Below are positions 48,960 through 62,200 of a stretch of 64,000 nt of DNA, piece by piece (the stretch's first letter is position 1; every line of letters starts with the position of its first letter). Source of the stretch: Selaginella moellendorffii (Eukaryota > Plantae > Lycopodiophyta); assembly GCF_000143415.4 (NCBI RefSeq), contig NW_003314360.1, positions 166,284 to 230,283 of the forward strand, in the 5' to 3' direction. The position numbers and the translations under genes are program-made. The notes below the pieces were generated by a model. It saw only the letters and a list, made by a program, of their open reading frames with translations, searched no databases and had not been told where the DNA came from.

Positions 48960-51900
48960 TGTCGCGAATGTGACTTCGGGTATCGAAAGTTACCTATCGG
49001 CCAGTTCTTACAGACACTCTTACCTTACTGCCACGATGGTAGGAGGTCGGTATTGCTGGACCCTTTATTAGTCCCTTTTGTGCTAATGGAGTTAACTGGG
49101 CATTTCGAGTGTATTTAGACCGAACAAGCATAAGGACGGAATTCCTACGTGTTATTAGCTAAGCATATTTAGCCCGATAAGGAGTTCTCATCTTGTTTTG
49201 TCTTGCATTTGCTAGTGACAAGAACCCTCGCGTATTGAGACTAGTCCCTCAATATCGCTAGATGATAGCTTACCATGTCTGCCAAACACCCTCGCTATCA
49301 TACCCTTTGTGTTAGTCTCATTTCGGTCCCAAATGCTATTTATGGAAAGTGTCCAGATTTGCTCATTTGGCATATTTGAAAGTGTGAAAGTAAACCTTCC
49401 CTGGGCTTGCTATGAGTGGCAAATAAGCTGGTCCATAACTGTTTAGCACGGCACTAGTGGATCCTTCCTAGGTATGGTTACAAGTGGATCAATCAAGACT
49501 ATAAGGATTAGTCTATTGGTTCAAGTAGTCATTGGCGTGCTCTTTCATAAACTTTTCTTGAATTGGACTGAAGACAGTGCGAAAGCAAGCTTGAGGTTTA
49601 GTCAAAGATGAGATCGAAAAGAGAGTTATCAGGAACGAAGGATCAAACACGTAAATCATTTTCTCTTTTTAGAGATATGATTTGTAACAAGGTGTGACTC
49701 ATTACTTATGTTTACGTTATGCAATCAAGAGTCACTATCTTGATGCATGTTAGAGATGATGGTCTTACAATGGTGAGTTGTGGGATGGATAGCGGTGAAC
49801 TGCTATACCATTTTGTTTAGGCTTGCTATTGGAAGACTTGGGTTGCAATGCTCAATTCTTTTCCGGGGAACCTTGCTATTGCTCCTTGAGTAGCTTGGTG
49901 TTGGATTAGTTTCGAGTTTGGTCAGATAGAGAGTGGCATGAGCTTGTTTGTGTTGTGAACAAAATTTAGTGGTGTTGAGTGTTGTAAATCTCTATTGGTG
50001 AAGTGTGGCATTTATGTTGCATTTTGTCGAATTAAGTTGGCACTTGATAGTCACATAAACCTTTGAAATAATGACATGGGTGTTGCTCGTGGTGTTGCTC
50101 AATTGATGACCAAGTCAATGTGATATTTATATCATATCCATGTGATAATGAGCGATGTGTTTACGAAGTTGTTTGGGTAAACGATGATCAACCCCAAAGT
50201 GGTTGATGGTGAAGCTAGTCTACTTACACGAAGTAGCATTGTAGTAGCTTTGACTGAATTCTTGATGGTGGTCCATTATGCTAAGCATAAGTTGGTACCT
50301 TATTTCCTTGAGTTTTCCCATTAGGTGTTAGAAAAGGGTTGTAGCATTCATTTGTTATAGCTCATCAGTTGATCTGTTTGCACTTGGAGTAGATTGTTGG
50401 ATGGAGAAGGTGTGTAGTTGAGGCATTGACATCGCTAACACTTGTGTTAATGGAAGTGGCATTGTTATTTCAAGTGATGAGGATTTTCCATGTCATTTTT
50501 CTTGTTAGTGTTTTGGCTTCACATTGGATCTTGAAGGTGGTTGAAGAAGAGTGTTAGTGCAATATGGATATCCAAAGATGTGGTCTTCGTGATCAAGCAT
50601 TGGATGTTCATTTTACATTTTGCGGATGTTGATGTTGGATGTCAGTTAAGTGGGCAAAAGATGTTTGAGGCTTAAGCTTACTTTGGGTCTTGAGAATTTG
50701 TGTTGAAGTGAATATATGTGAAGTTGTTGGTAGGAGGAAGTTAGTTGAGTCTTGAAAGTTTGTATTCCTAGACTGAGAAACATTCTTTCTCTGGGATGGA
50801 AAATTTTTCCACAAATTTTCTTAGACTTTTCCAATGGCTGATCTGTTGATCACTTTGCTCGAAAACCATTTCATTTTCGTAAACCAATACAAACTAGTGA
50901 AGGGATTAGAGTTGACTTTGGTTAGCTTACACCTTAGTATGTAGTTTGTATGATGCAACCCGAAAGGGATGCTGACTTTTGGGGCTAAGACAATTGAGTT
51001 GAATAGAGTCTAGAGTTGGTGTAGAAAAGTGGCCATTGTGCTTTTCTAGAAAAGTGACCCTTGTACCTTTCTTTTATGGCATTATATTTGGTGGTAGGTT
51101 GCACCTTGCATTTTGTTAGACTCTATAAGAGTAGTGAGCTCTCACTGATCTTGACTTAGTTTTGGTAGTTTTGTACTTTAGCTGAGAATAGTGATGTCTA
51201 ACTTAGTTGTTTAAGTTGAGATGTTAGTACCCGTACTATAACTTTGTCTATGAAGAGGTTGTGTACCAATATGAATCTATCTCATGGTCTTCACTTTAGT
51301 TTTGACTAAGTGTTGATCATGCATAGCTAATCTCTTCAAGGCATGTTCAGAGCTATTAACTAGATGTGTTGGTGAGTTTATTGCGGTTGAGGTGGATTCG
51401 AATGGTCATTTAGTTCATGCTTATCTATGAATCTTTATCTCGTATTTGGGGTATTACATTCATGTTAGACAAGTATATGACTTGATGACGTGAGTTTAGT
51501 GTTTGGGTCTTGTGAAGGCAAGTTGAAAGAGTGATTGTTAGTTGCTTTGCGACTAGTGACTTCTTGTAAACTTTGTCAAAGACTATGACACTTGCTTCAC
51601 TTAATGATGATTCAACAGTGATGGGCTTGCTTCACTGGATGGTGTTGTGGAGGATTGTGTTGTTAGACTTACATGGTTTTTCCATATTGGTATATCGATT
51701 CTACCTTTGTCAATGTCATTTGGTTGCATTTAGTCCATGATGTTGGATTTCATGGAGTCATGGACGTGGTGAATCACTCCTTGATAAAGTGTTATCTGTA
51801 ATTGAGTATTGTTGAAGGATTGGTCTCGGATACTGACTAAAGTATCTTTAACTTTGGTTAGCTTGGTTGCTAAAGAGCTTTGAGTGGTGATTCACTTGTG

Positions 51901-51961
51901 CTTTTTTCTAGCTTTGTCCTAGTGTTGATGGCATTGAAGTGATGCCTTATTGTTGACATTA
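48960..51961 (+). mobile_element. Possible third LTR family: ~520-bp LTR-like segment plus decayed GT-rich internal region
   Basis: Begins TG exactly where the MTase-like pseudogene stops; ends ...GGTTACA (49482) followed by AGTGGATC (poor PBS); no ORFs and no second LTR. Confidence 0.35.
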
Positions 51962-53123
51962 TGTAAGGAACCAACTCGCCGAGGTGTCGTAGACTAAAGG
52001 AACCCCGAAAGCATGACCAAAATGACAAAGAGTTCATCGGATGGGACCAAGTCGAAGATCGAGTCCAAGACCGACTCTAGGACCGAGTTCGAGATAGAGT
52101 CCGGAATCGAGTCCGAGACTGACTCGGGGACCGAGTTCGAGTCCGAGTTCGAGACCGAGTTCGAGACGGAGTCCGAGATCCGAAATCGGGTCCGAGACCG
52201 AGTCCGAGGTCGAGTCCGAGGTCGGGTCCGAGATCAGGTCCGAGATCGAGTCCGAGATCGAGTCCGAACCCGAATCCGAAGTCGGATCCGAAATCGGGTC
52301 CGAGATCGAGCCAGAGACTAAGTCCAAATACTAATACTGGTCAAGGGGTGAAAGCCCAAAGCGTGCGTCTCCCAGGGCAGGGGGGGGGGGGGGGGGGGCC
52401 TTCCGGGGGTTCCCAAAGTTTTGTAGGGATTGTGGGGTCCCGGAACCCGTTTTGAAGGGACTCTCCCGTTGGGCTTCCAAACCGACTTGAGGTTGGGACT
52501 GGGACCGAGGGGCCTTGGGTGGGAGTGAGCATGGACTTGGCTGGTACCGGGGGGGCCATCCAAGGAAGTGCTCAAGAGCAGCTCCCACTCCCGAAAGGGA
52601 AACCGATTGCGGTGCTCCCGGCTCATGTGGAGTGGTGCCCCACTTGAGTACCATGCGGCTCATTGGTCCTCGCCCTTCCTAGGGGCTTGGGCCTTCCTTC
52701 GGGATGGAAGTGGGGGGCGAGAGGTACCCATACCGGGCCGCTAGGCCACGGTGTTTCGCCCCGGTGTCCCGAAGCAAGTGTTGCACTCAAGACTTGGGAT
52801 TTAGAGGGTCCCATGATCAAGTCTTGTGGTACCAAGGGATGTTAGGAACCTGGAAGCTTGGTGTGCTTGGCTGCTTGTGCTTGCGGGGGGTGTAGCCAAA
52901 CCTTAAGTCCAGTCTAACCCGGGGAGGGGGATTGAGAGTGATTTGGGAATCCGTGGAAGGATGGTTAACACTCCGTTGCTCGTGCAGTGAGTAGCTGAAA
53001 CCAAGTAGGAGCTGGTACCATAGGCGAAAACCTTGGCAAGGGAACTTAGCAAAAGCCAAGGCAGTGTCGGACGGATAGACGAGGTAAGCTGGCAAATTGG
53101 AAAGGAAAAATTTGTGGCTTACA
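51962..53123 (+). mobile_element. 5' LTR of chromovirus family A
   Basis: TGTAAGG...GGCTTACA followed by PBS TGGTATCGGAGC (53127-53138, tRNA-iMet type); hexamer array and poly-G tract. Confidence 0.95.
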
Positions 53124-53182
53124 ATTTGGTATCGGAGCCTTTTCCTTAGTTCTAGCGAAGGATAGAGGTAGATTGCTGGGAG

Positions 53183-56100
53183 ATGGCAAGGGCAGGGTGT
53201 AAGCGAACGCAGGCGGAGACGGAACCTCTGCCAAAGCTGGAGCCTCCGGTTGAACAAGAGGCTATGGATGAGGAATCCTTGCATGAGGAGGACTCCAGTG
53301 AGGAAACTTCCAAACAGGAGTCCGGTGGCGAGGTTCGGTCGTCCAAGGCTCGATTGGACATTCTAGAAGATCAATTGGCGCAGACCAATGCCCTGCTGGA
53401 GACTCTCGTACGCAAGCTAAAGCGTGACGAGAAGCGAAAGAAAAGGCGAAAGACTGCGGATGCTAGCAGCGCAGAAGGTGCGGACCCTTCGGCAGGGACT
53501 GAGGCAAAACCAGACAAGGTCGAACAGACTGAAGTGGAATCAGTCCCTCAGGCAGTTCCCAAGTACAAACCAAAAGCCCCCACCGGTCTTCAAGGGAGTG
53601 AATGACTATAAGGTGGTGGAGGATTGGTTTTACGATATGGAGGACTACTTCCGAGCGTTGCGGTTACCGAGCTCGGAGAAGGTCCCATGTGCAAAACCAT
53701 ACTTGGCAGATAATGCCAAGTCTTGGTGGAGAACAACGGAGGCCAACGAAGGACCGGTGGTCACTTGGGACATGATGAAGGCGAGGATCCGCGCAACATA
53801 TGTTCCTCCGAATGCCACTCTGCATCTGAGGGATGAACTGAGTAGGCTGAAGCAGACTGGAACCATCCAGGAATATGTGAATGGGTTCATGGCAAAGAGG
53901 ATACTTGTCACGGACATGGGGGATATGGATGCGTTCCATGCCTTCATATCAGGTTTGCAAACCTAGGCTCGCGGTGAGGTGATGCGCTGGAACCCGACCA
54001 ACTACAAGGAAGCGTTGGATGCGGCCATCAAGGTGCATTTCAACGATAACCTGCGAAAGGGGAACACGACGGGGTTGGGATCCACATTTAGCAAAGGGGC
54101 CAAACCAAGGGGAACATATAGCAGGGGGAAATTCAAGAAGAGTTTCTCTAAGAATGAGTCCTCGGGGTTCTAGAAAGGCAAATCCGGTGGCCAGCGAGCA
54201 AGTAAGTGGGGGAGTCAAGCGAAAAGAGACAAACCCACGGATAAGAAGGTCAAGTCATATAGCAGCGTGGGAAACAACGTATGCTACAACTGCGGTGAAA
54301 CGGGACACTTCTCGAGGGAATGTCCCTACCCGAAGAAGGCCAGAGCCAATATGGCCATCAAGTCGGGTGAAGTCCAAATTGAGGTATGTGATCCAGTCCT
54401 TAACTCAAAGTTGCTCATTACACGAGCAACTTTGGTAGAGAGTCATTTGTGACATCTACTAGCCCTCCGAGGGAAGCTCAGAAGTAGCTTTGTTAAGATC
54501 CTTATTGACACGGGTGCTTCGGATAATTTTGTGGCTGCAGACATAGTCCGGCAAGCCGGACTAACGGTGCAGCGGCTAGGCGAACCAAGGACCATAGAGT
54601 TTGTTCAAGGTAGCCAAAGCACCGATGAGGTACTTCGACAAGCGAGAGTCGAAGTGGGGACATGGAAAGTGGACATGGATTTCACCGTGTTGGACATGGC
54701 GGGATTTGACGTGATCTTCGGAATGGATTGGTTCAATCGGTTCGTGGTAGCCCTGCATGGACAAGGTAGGAACCTTGTGGTACTGGCGAATGCCCAAGGA
54801 AGAAGATCTAGGGTGGAGGCCCAGGATCTAAAGGTAGGGCAAAGCAAGGCCAAAGAATCTTGCTTAAACCTGGTGTCCACGAGAGGACAACTCACTAAAG
54901 GAACTAAGGCAGCCTTTTTGTGCTTACTCTCGGTGAAGAGTGACAAAAAGACAGGAACGGAAGAAGTACCTTTAGTGATCCAGCGGGTGTTGGACCAATT
55001 CCAGGATACCATGCCGGAGGAGCTACCGGCGGGGTTACCCCCCGCACGACCGATAGAACATAAGATTGAGCTGGTCGAGGGTGCTGAGGCGGTGGTTCGT
55101 CCCCCCTATCGTTTGAACGAAAAAGAACTCAAGGAGCTCAAGTGCCAACTAGAGGAGTTGGTGGGCAAAGGGTATGTTAGGTTGAGCAAGTCGCCGTATG
55201 GGGCGCCGGTATTATTTGTGAAAAAGAAAGATGGATCTATGCGCATGTGCATAGATTACCGGTTGCTCAACAAGTATACCAAGAAGAACAAGTACCCGTT
55301 GCCAAGGATTGAGGACTTGTTCGATAGGTTGGGAAAGGCAAAATACTTCTCGAGGATTGACCTAAGGTCAGGATACTACCAGATCAGGGTAGCCGAGGAA
55401 GATGTCGAGAAGACAACCTGTCGAATGAGGTATGGGAGCTTTGAGTTTTTGGTGATGCCCTTTGGGCTGTGCAATGCGCCGGCAACGTTTTTGGCGTTGA
55501 TGAACCACATCTTTGTACCCTATCTGGATCACTTCGTGGTCGTCTATATTGACGACATCCTGATCTATAGCAAGACGCTAGAGGAGCATGCCGAACACTT
55601 GGCGAAGGTGTTTGAGAAACTAAGGGAATATAAACTGTATGCTAAAGAGAGCAAATGTGACTTTGCTCAGCAAGAGGTAAAGTTTCTCGGGCATGTGGTG
55701 GGCCAGGACGGGCTCAAGGTGGACCCGGAGAAGGTCTAAGCGATCCAGGAATGGGAGCGACCATCGAATGTACATGAGTTGAGGGCGTTCTTGGGGCTAT
55801 GCAACTACTATCGAAAGTTTATCAGACACTATTCGAGAGTAGCCCTGCCCTTAACGGATCAAACGGGAAAAGGGAAGATGGTATGGACAGCGGAATGCGA
55901 GGCGGCATTCGTCCACCTCAAAGGGAAGTTGAGGAAGGCTCCGGTGTTGGCATTACCAGACTTTGGTAAGGACTTTGAGGTAGACACGGATGCTTCGGAC
56001 TTTGCGTTGGGTGCAGTTTTGAAGCAAGACAACCATCCAGTAGTGTTCTTCTCGAAGAAGCTGGACAAGGCTCAACGGAAGTGGCCTACCCACGAGAAGG

Positions 56101-57885
56101 AATTGTTTGCGGTGGTCAAGGCGCTCAAGGAGTGGCGACACTACCTTGGGAAACACTTCAAGGTTTACACGGACAATGTGGCAACGAAACACTTCTTGTC
56201 ACAACCCGACCTGAGAGGGAAACAAGGTCGGTGGGCCAATGCCTTGGCCGAGTTTGATTGCGAGATTCTATACAAGCCTGGGAAGAGCAACATCGTGGCT
56301 GATGCGCTAAGTCGAAAAGTGAGCTTGAGGTTGGCAATCTCCAGCGCAACAGCAACCTTCTGGGACGATGTGCGGACAGCATATGAGAACGATGGTCTAG
56401 CACAAGAAGTGTTGTTGAGGAATCTAGAGGCGCGGGAAGCTCACCAGAGAGGTGAGCTGCCAATGGAAGAGAAAAAGGGCTATGCGGAATGCAACGGACT
56501 CATTTATTACAAGCAAACGAGGGTGTATGTTCCAGAAGGTGGACTAAGGAAGGTAGCCTTAGAAGAGTGTCATGACGGACCTCTTGCGGGACACGGCGGA
56601 GTGCTCAAGACGATGGGCTTACTCAAAAGGAAGTACCATTGGCCAAATATGGCTAAGGACGTCCAAGACTATGTAAAGACATGTCCAACATGTCAGCAGG
56701 TCAAAGCCGTGACTAAGGCTAGTGGGGGCTTGTTGCAAAGCATCCCAATTCCAGATCGTCCATGGAAATGTCTCACGATGGACTTCATCACGGGACTACC
56801 CCCAAGCGAGGGGTTCGATGCGATATTCGTGGTGGTGGATCGATTTTCGAAGATGGCACATTTCATACCCACCACAACGGAGGTGGATGCGGAAGGTGTG
56901 GCGAAGCTGTTCTTCGAACAAGTGGTTCGAGTGCAGGGAAGGCCAGAAGAGATTATCTCAGATCGAGATAAGATCTTCACTAGTAGGTTCTGGAGGACCC
57001 TCCTGGAACAGTATCGCACCAAGTTGAAATTCAGCACAGCCTATCACCCACAGACAGGTATGGGGTATTAAGTCAAGTTTGGTGGTCCTAACACTTCTTG
57101 ACAGACGGACAAACGGAAAGGGTGAATAGGCAGCTGGAGGATTATTTGTGATGTTATGTCTCGGGAGACCAGACCGATTGGGTAAGTCATTTGGGACTTG
57201 CGGAAATGTGTTATAACAACTCACCACATTCGAGTATTGGGGTGAGTCCATGGGAAGTCATCAATGGGCGAGCTATTGAAGGTCCTGTGGAACTCGGCGT
57301 GGCCGAGTATCATGGAGAGCTACCCGCAGTGGAGGCATTCACGGCGGAAAGACTCAACATTTGGAATCTAGTGAGGGATTCCTTGGAACGGGCTCAACAA
57401 AGGCAAACCAAGTACGCGAACCTAAAGCGCCGGGATGTAGAGTTCCAAGCTGGGGAGAGGTGTGGCTGAACACCAAGAACCTCAGGCTACCAAGTGGGAT
57501 CAGCCGAAAGTTGACCCAAAGGTAAAAATGCATGTATTCCTGTAAATGAATTGATCTTGAGTTCCTTAAGCAGGTTCGTGGGGCCTTACGAGATTGAGGC
57601 TCGAATCGGTAAAGTGGCTTACCGTCTCCGACTTCCTCGAGAGATGGGGAAGATGCATCCCGTGTTCCACGTGAACTTACTCAAGCCGTATTTTGAGGAT
57701 CCGCTTCGCAAGGACCAAGTAAGACCGTTACCTGAGGTTATCCAAGGGGAGGAGGAATACGAAGTCGAGGCCATCCTCAATGCGCGCAAGAGCAAGCGAC
57801 AAGGACGCGAGGTGAGAGAGTTCCATGTGAAGTGGAAAGGATTTCCACACTGCGAAGCAACATGGGAACCGGAGGAGAACCTAGG
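53183..57885 (+). pseudogene. Ty3/Gypsy chromovirus gag-pol (Gag, CCHC, protease, RT, RNase H, integrase, chromodomain), lightly mutated
   Basis: CYNCGETGHFSREC, LIDTGA, YIDD, DASD..EKEL, HHCC, MDF/SDRD/QTE, GPY and chromodomain EYEVEAIL..VKWKGF..ATWEPEENL. Several stops and frameshifts; two short GT-AG insertions in the integrase. Confidence 0.95.
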
Positions 57886-59288
57886 GCGCCACGTGGTAAT
57901 GGCCGAAGCAAAAGCCAAACGAGCATAACACGTTTGGACTAAAAGCTCTGACTTGAAAAGGTTGAGAGTGGGAGTGGAACTCCCAACGAAGTGCTCGAAG
58001 AACAGGCATGAAGTGAAAGATAAGTGAGTCTCTAAAAAAGGGACACAAGAGGACCCGACATGGAGTCCAAGATGGAGTCCGAGATGGACCTGAGATGGAG
58101 TCCGAGATGGAGTCCGAGATGCAGTCTGAGATGGACCCGAGATGGACTCCGAGATGGACCCGAGATGGAGTCTGAGATGGAGTCCGAGATGGACCCGAGA
58201 TGGACCCGAGATGGAGTCCGAGATGGAGTCCGAGATGGACCCGAGATGGAGTCCAAGATGGACCCGAGATGGAGTCCGAAGTCGAGACCGAGACCGGGAC
58301 TGAGACCGAGACCGAGACCGGGATTGAGACCAAGACCGAGATCGGGACCGAGGCCGAGACCGAGGCCGAGGCTGAGACCAAGCCCGAGCCCATGTCCGAG
58401 TCTGAGTCCGAGTCCAAGTTCAAGTCTGAGAGGGTGAAAGCCTAAAGCGTTCGTCTCCCAGACCCTGGGGGTTTGGTGAGCTCCAAAAGTATAGTGAGGG
58501 GGAGGACTGTAGTGGTGAAGTGTTCAAGAGCCGGCTCTAGTTCCCCCGGGAGATCGACTAGCTGATGCTCCCAGTCCAAGTGTGGGTGGCACTACCTACT
58601 TAGATACCTGGTGTGGCTCAACAGAACCTCGCTCTAAGCCCATGGCTAGAGCACCTAAAGGCAGAAGGTGGGGAGAGCACCCACGGGGCTCACGTAAGGC
58701 CACGGTGTTCCGAAATGTTGTCCCAAAGTCCCAGACGGTGAAAAGGAAAAGGAGCAATCTTCTAGTGTAGTGACCAAGGATACGGTCACAAGGTGAGGAA
58801 GTCCCGAAGGACAATGGGACTTAGAGGTTGGGCCTACAGGCCTTGATCCAGTGGCAATGTTGGTGAACACGGCCATGGATAGGAAGGGACTTGGTGGGGA
58901 CCAGAAAGGAGACATTGGGGAAGGCTATTCCCCATGTTTGCAGGCATCCTAAGGATGCTATGGAGTGGATCTTGGATAGCCACTCATGGATGGATGGCCC
59001 AGTCTTTGAGAGACGGATTGTAATGCAAGTGGTGTTGGACCAAGGTGAATGGGCATGGCCTAGCGTAATGGGCTGGTATGTCGGTGGTACTTTGGGGTGT
59101 CGGTCATGGGATTGGACACGTGGAGCACTTGGACCAAGTGTAAAGGTTGATTGGTGTGGATGCCATTCTTGGGGCTAGCAAGCCCCAAGTTCTGAATGGG
59201 ACTTATGGAGGTTGTGAATGAGACTCCTCCAAGTGGTCGGAGGTGCGGTTAAGTGACTAAAATAGAATGGAAAAATTAGTCGCTTACA
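57884..59288 (+). mobile_element. 5' LTR of LARD-like family B (first ~40 bp missing)
   Basis: Homologous to the start of 63328 and to rc 46618-48117; ends CGCTTACA followed by PBS TGGTATCAGAG (59292). Confidence 0.9.
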
Positions 59289-62200
59289 ACTTGGTATCAG
59301 AGTTGTTCCTTAGTCCAACTCTTATTGGTGGCCAAGCATATCACCACTTGTATTGAAATATGAAGGTCCTAGGTGTGGACCTATCCTCAAGGAGTAGCAT
59401 GTCAAGAGGACATGGCTCTCCACTCAAATTCATGCGTGAACTTGTGCGCAATGTGGTGGATGGAAAAGGGCTAGTAAGGGAACGACTTTGGGATCTTGGG
59501 AACAGTATAAGGTTTCCCTCAGAGAGTTGAGGATGTGATCCGGATGAGCGTTTTACGCAGCAAATAGGCTAATGTAGTTGTGATAAACAACTATAGTTGG
59601 GATCACGGGAAAGAAGTAGACTCCAAAAAAATAAAGGAGTCACAAGATTACCCTCATATAGTTGAGGCTGGTGCTCATAAGTTTGAGACCAGAATTGATG
59701 ACTGTGGGAAGTCAAATATGGAAGAAGACACAAGTCCTTGAAATGGTAGCTAGGGCTACCTTTAATAAATGCTGGAACAACCCAAGGAGTTGGGGATGTA
59801 CTTAGAGGATGAGTTGGTATTCTCATCACATGGACAAGTGGTCATAAAGGGCAAAAGGTTGCCCCTAGAGAACAAGTCAAGTGTCGGAATAACACTTGCA
59901 AAGATGGTTCTTGTGAGTAGGACATGAATACAAGAAGTTGTATTCTAGCAAGCTGACACCTCAAAAATAGGACCTCATGAGTCGTCGGATTAGCAAAGTC
60001 CAAAAAGTCTAATGACTCTAATAGAGTCAAGGAATAATAATAAGAGATTGATGGAAACATTTGGATTGAGGTGTGTGGTGTCCTACAAAGGATGGGAAGG
60101 ATCTTGAGATCCAAGCATGAGAACAGTGTGTATTTCATTAATGGCAGAAGGTGCCATGCTAAAGTCATGGGAAAAAGTTTCCCGGAAGAAAATAACTCTG
60201 ACACAAAGTTGTGCGTGAACTCTATGGTGCAGTGCTAATGGATAATTGGCATAAGAGACAACCATATTGGTCTTGGCAAAAAGACCTAAACACAAGTAAG
60301 AAGTGTCATAAAGGTAGGCTCGTGGAACCGATGGTGTGGAGACACCGAAGGTGCCAAAGCGTGCTGCCTTGATGTCAAATTAGCGGGTTTATGAGAACCC
60401 CTTCCAAAGGAATCCAAATGGGAATGGCATAGCCTAAGCTGGAAGGCATGCGGTTAGAGTGTGGTGACCCAGATAATGATGGAGGTGTGGAAGCACCAGC
60501 AATGAGTTGTAGGACTTGACAACTATGAGACAACTAAGCAAAAGGTGCAAAATAATTTGTTAAACTAGTAGAAGGCAATTACCTAAGACTTCTTATGGGG
60601 ATAAGGAAGTCGGATGTACCCTTACGGGGAATAAATTGTTTATGTTGCGATATAGTAAATCAATGTTGAAAAGGGAATGCTCATTGTCAGAGAGGCCATC
60701 ATTTGGGACACCCAAACACTCTAGAACACTGGAAGGTAGTGTTTGGTGTCATTAGGGCAATGGATAATGCCCAAGGGACAAAGTCCTTAGCGAATGATGG
60801 ATAGAAGGTGCTATCCAAATGTCCAAGGTTGCGGAGACGAGAGAAGTCCGTCTACCCAAATTGAATAAAGCCAAAAAGGGGATTTTGGCGAGGCTCGTGA
60901 TGGGCATATGAAGGCCCATAAGTAGCAATGGTAATCCTAATGTGTGGGATTACAAAGTGAGCAAACCCGGATTGAAGAACCAGTCCCTAGGCTGTCGAGT
61001 AGGTTCATCCCTATGAATACTTGCCAAGGCATGGTAGAAAATGCAAAGCTATATTCCTAGTCTAGAGGAGAATAACTGAAGGAAATGCATAAGGCCAAAT
61101 GGCAAGTAATAAAGGGATAAAACTGAACCATAGGAATTGACAAGCATGACCAAGGGTGGTTATACAAGTTGGGAGTGGAGAATCAAGTGGGCGCTCAAGC
61201 ATGTTGTTACTAGCGACCGGGATGTCATGGAGAGTCTAAAGCATGGGATTGTCCATGTTAGACTATATAGTAATTGGAAAGCTTGCGAAAGGAGAGACCT
61301 TAGCAAGCTAAGGAACAGAGTTCCTTGAACGTTCCCCTAGGTAGATAAGTACCTAGTCAGCCAAGTGTAAATGGTTCGTAGAATGTGCAAAATCAGAGTG
61401 GCACAGTAGAAGTATGGTCTTGAAGCTTGCTATGAGGCGAGGTTATCAAAGTTGGGGAAGTAGTTCCCGAGTGTTCAAAGAGAGGGCTTTGAACAAAAGT
61501 CGATAATTAAGAACTTTCACGCTTATGCATGAACCATGTTACGGTGGCCGGATGACTTGCTAAGTGAGGTTGGCAAGTCGAGGGAACGAATACCCTAGTT
61601 GAAGGAGCCAACTTCAAAGGGGTGGCCCATAGGGCCAAGCATGGAGGAGTCCATGCATGATCACATACATGTCAAGTGAAAGGACTTGGCAGTGTGGAGG
61701 AACTAGGTTCCTACACTGTGATCTGTAGCGCGCTTTAAATATAAGTTGGTGCACTGGTGTGGGGAGTCACGCCAGGCATCCTGTGTGATGCCGTCCGTAG
61801 ATGCATATACGGAGGTTGGGTTCGAGTCCCGACCCTCTAGTGCTTGGGTTCGAGTCCCAACTCACTAGGGCGTGGTGATGGTTTGGAATATGAGGACACT
61901 CATATTTCGGTGGTCATGGACTCTCAGTGGGGAGACTAGTTTGGGCACACCGCCAAGCGAGGGATGCCTCGGAGTCATAATGCACGGTTAGATTGCTTAG
62001 TGTGAAAACTTAGCATATCTAACTTGAACACTTTGGTGCAAGGGGGCACCAAGGACAAGGTGAATGAGATGGGGACACTCAGTCTCAATTGCTATGGACC
62101 CTTGGCCGGAAGGGCTGGCTTGGGCGCACTGCCAAGCGTGGGGGATGCCCCCGAGGTCATAGTCAACAACTTAAAGGTCTAGGAGACTTAGTACCTATCG

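Noticed and set aside
61810-61870. tRNA gene
   Set aside because: Only T-arm/B-box motifs are present; no A-box, anticodon arm or cloverleaf was recognisable.
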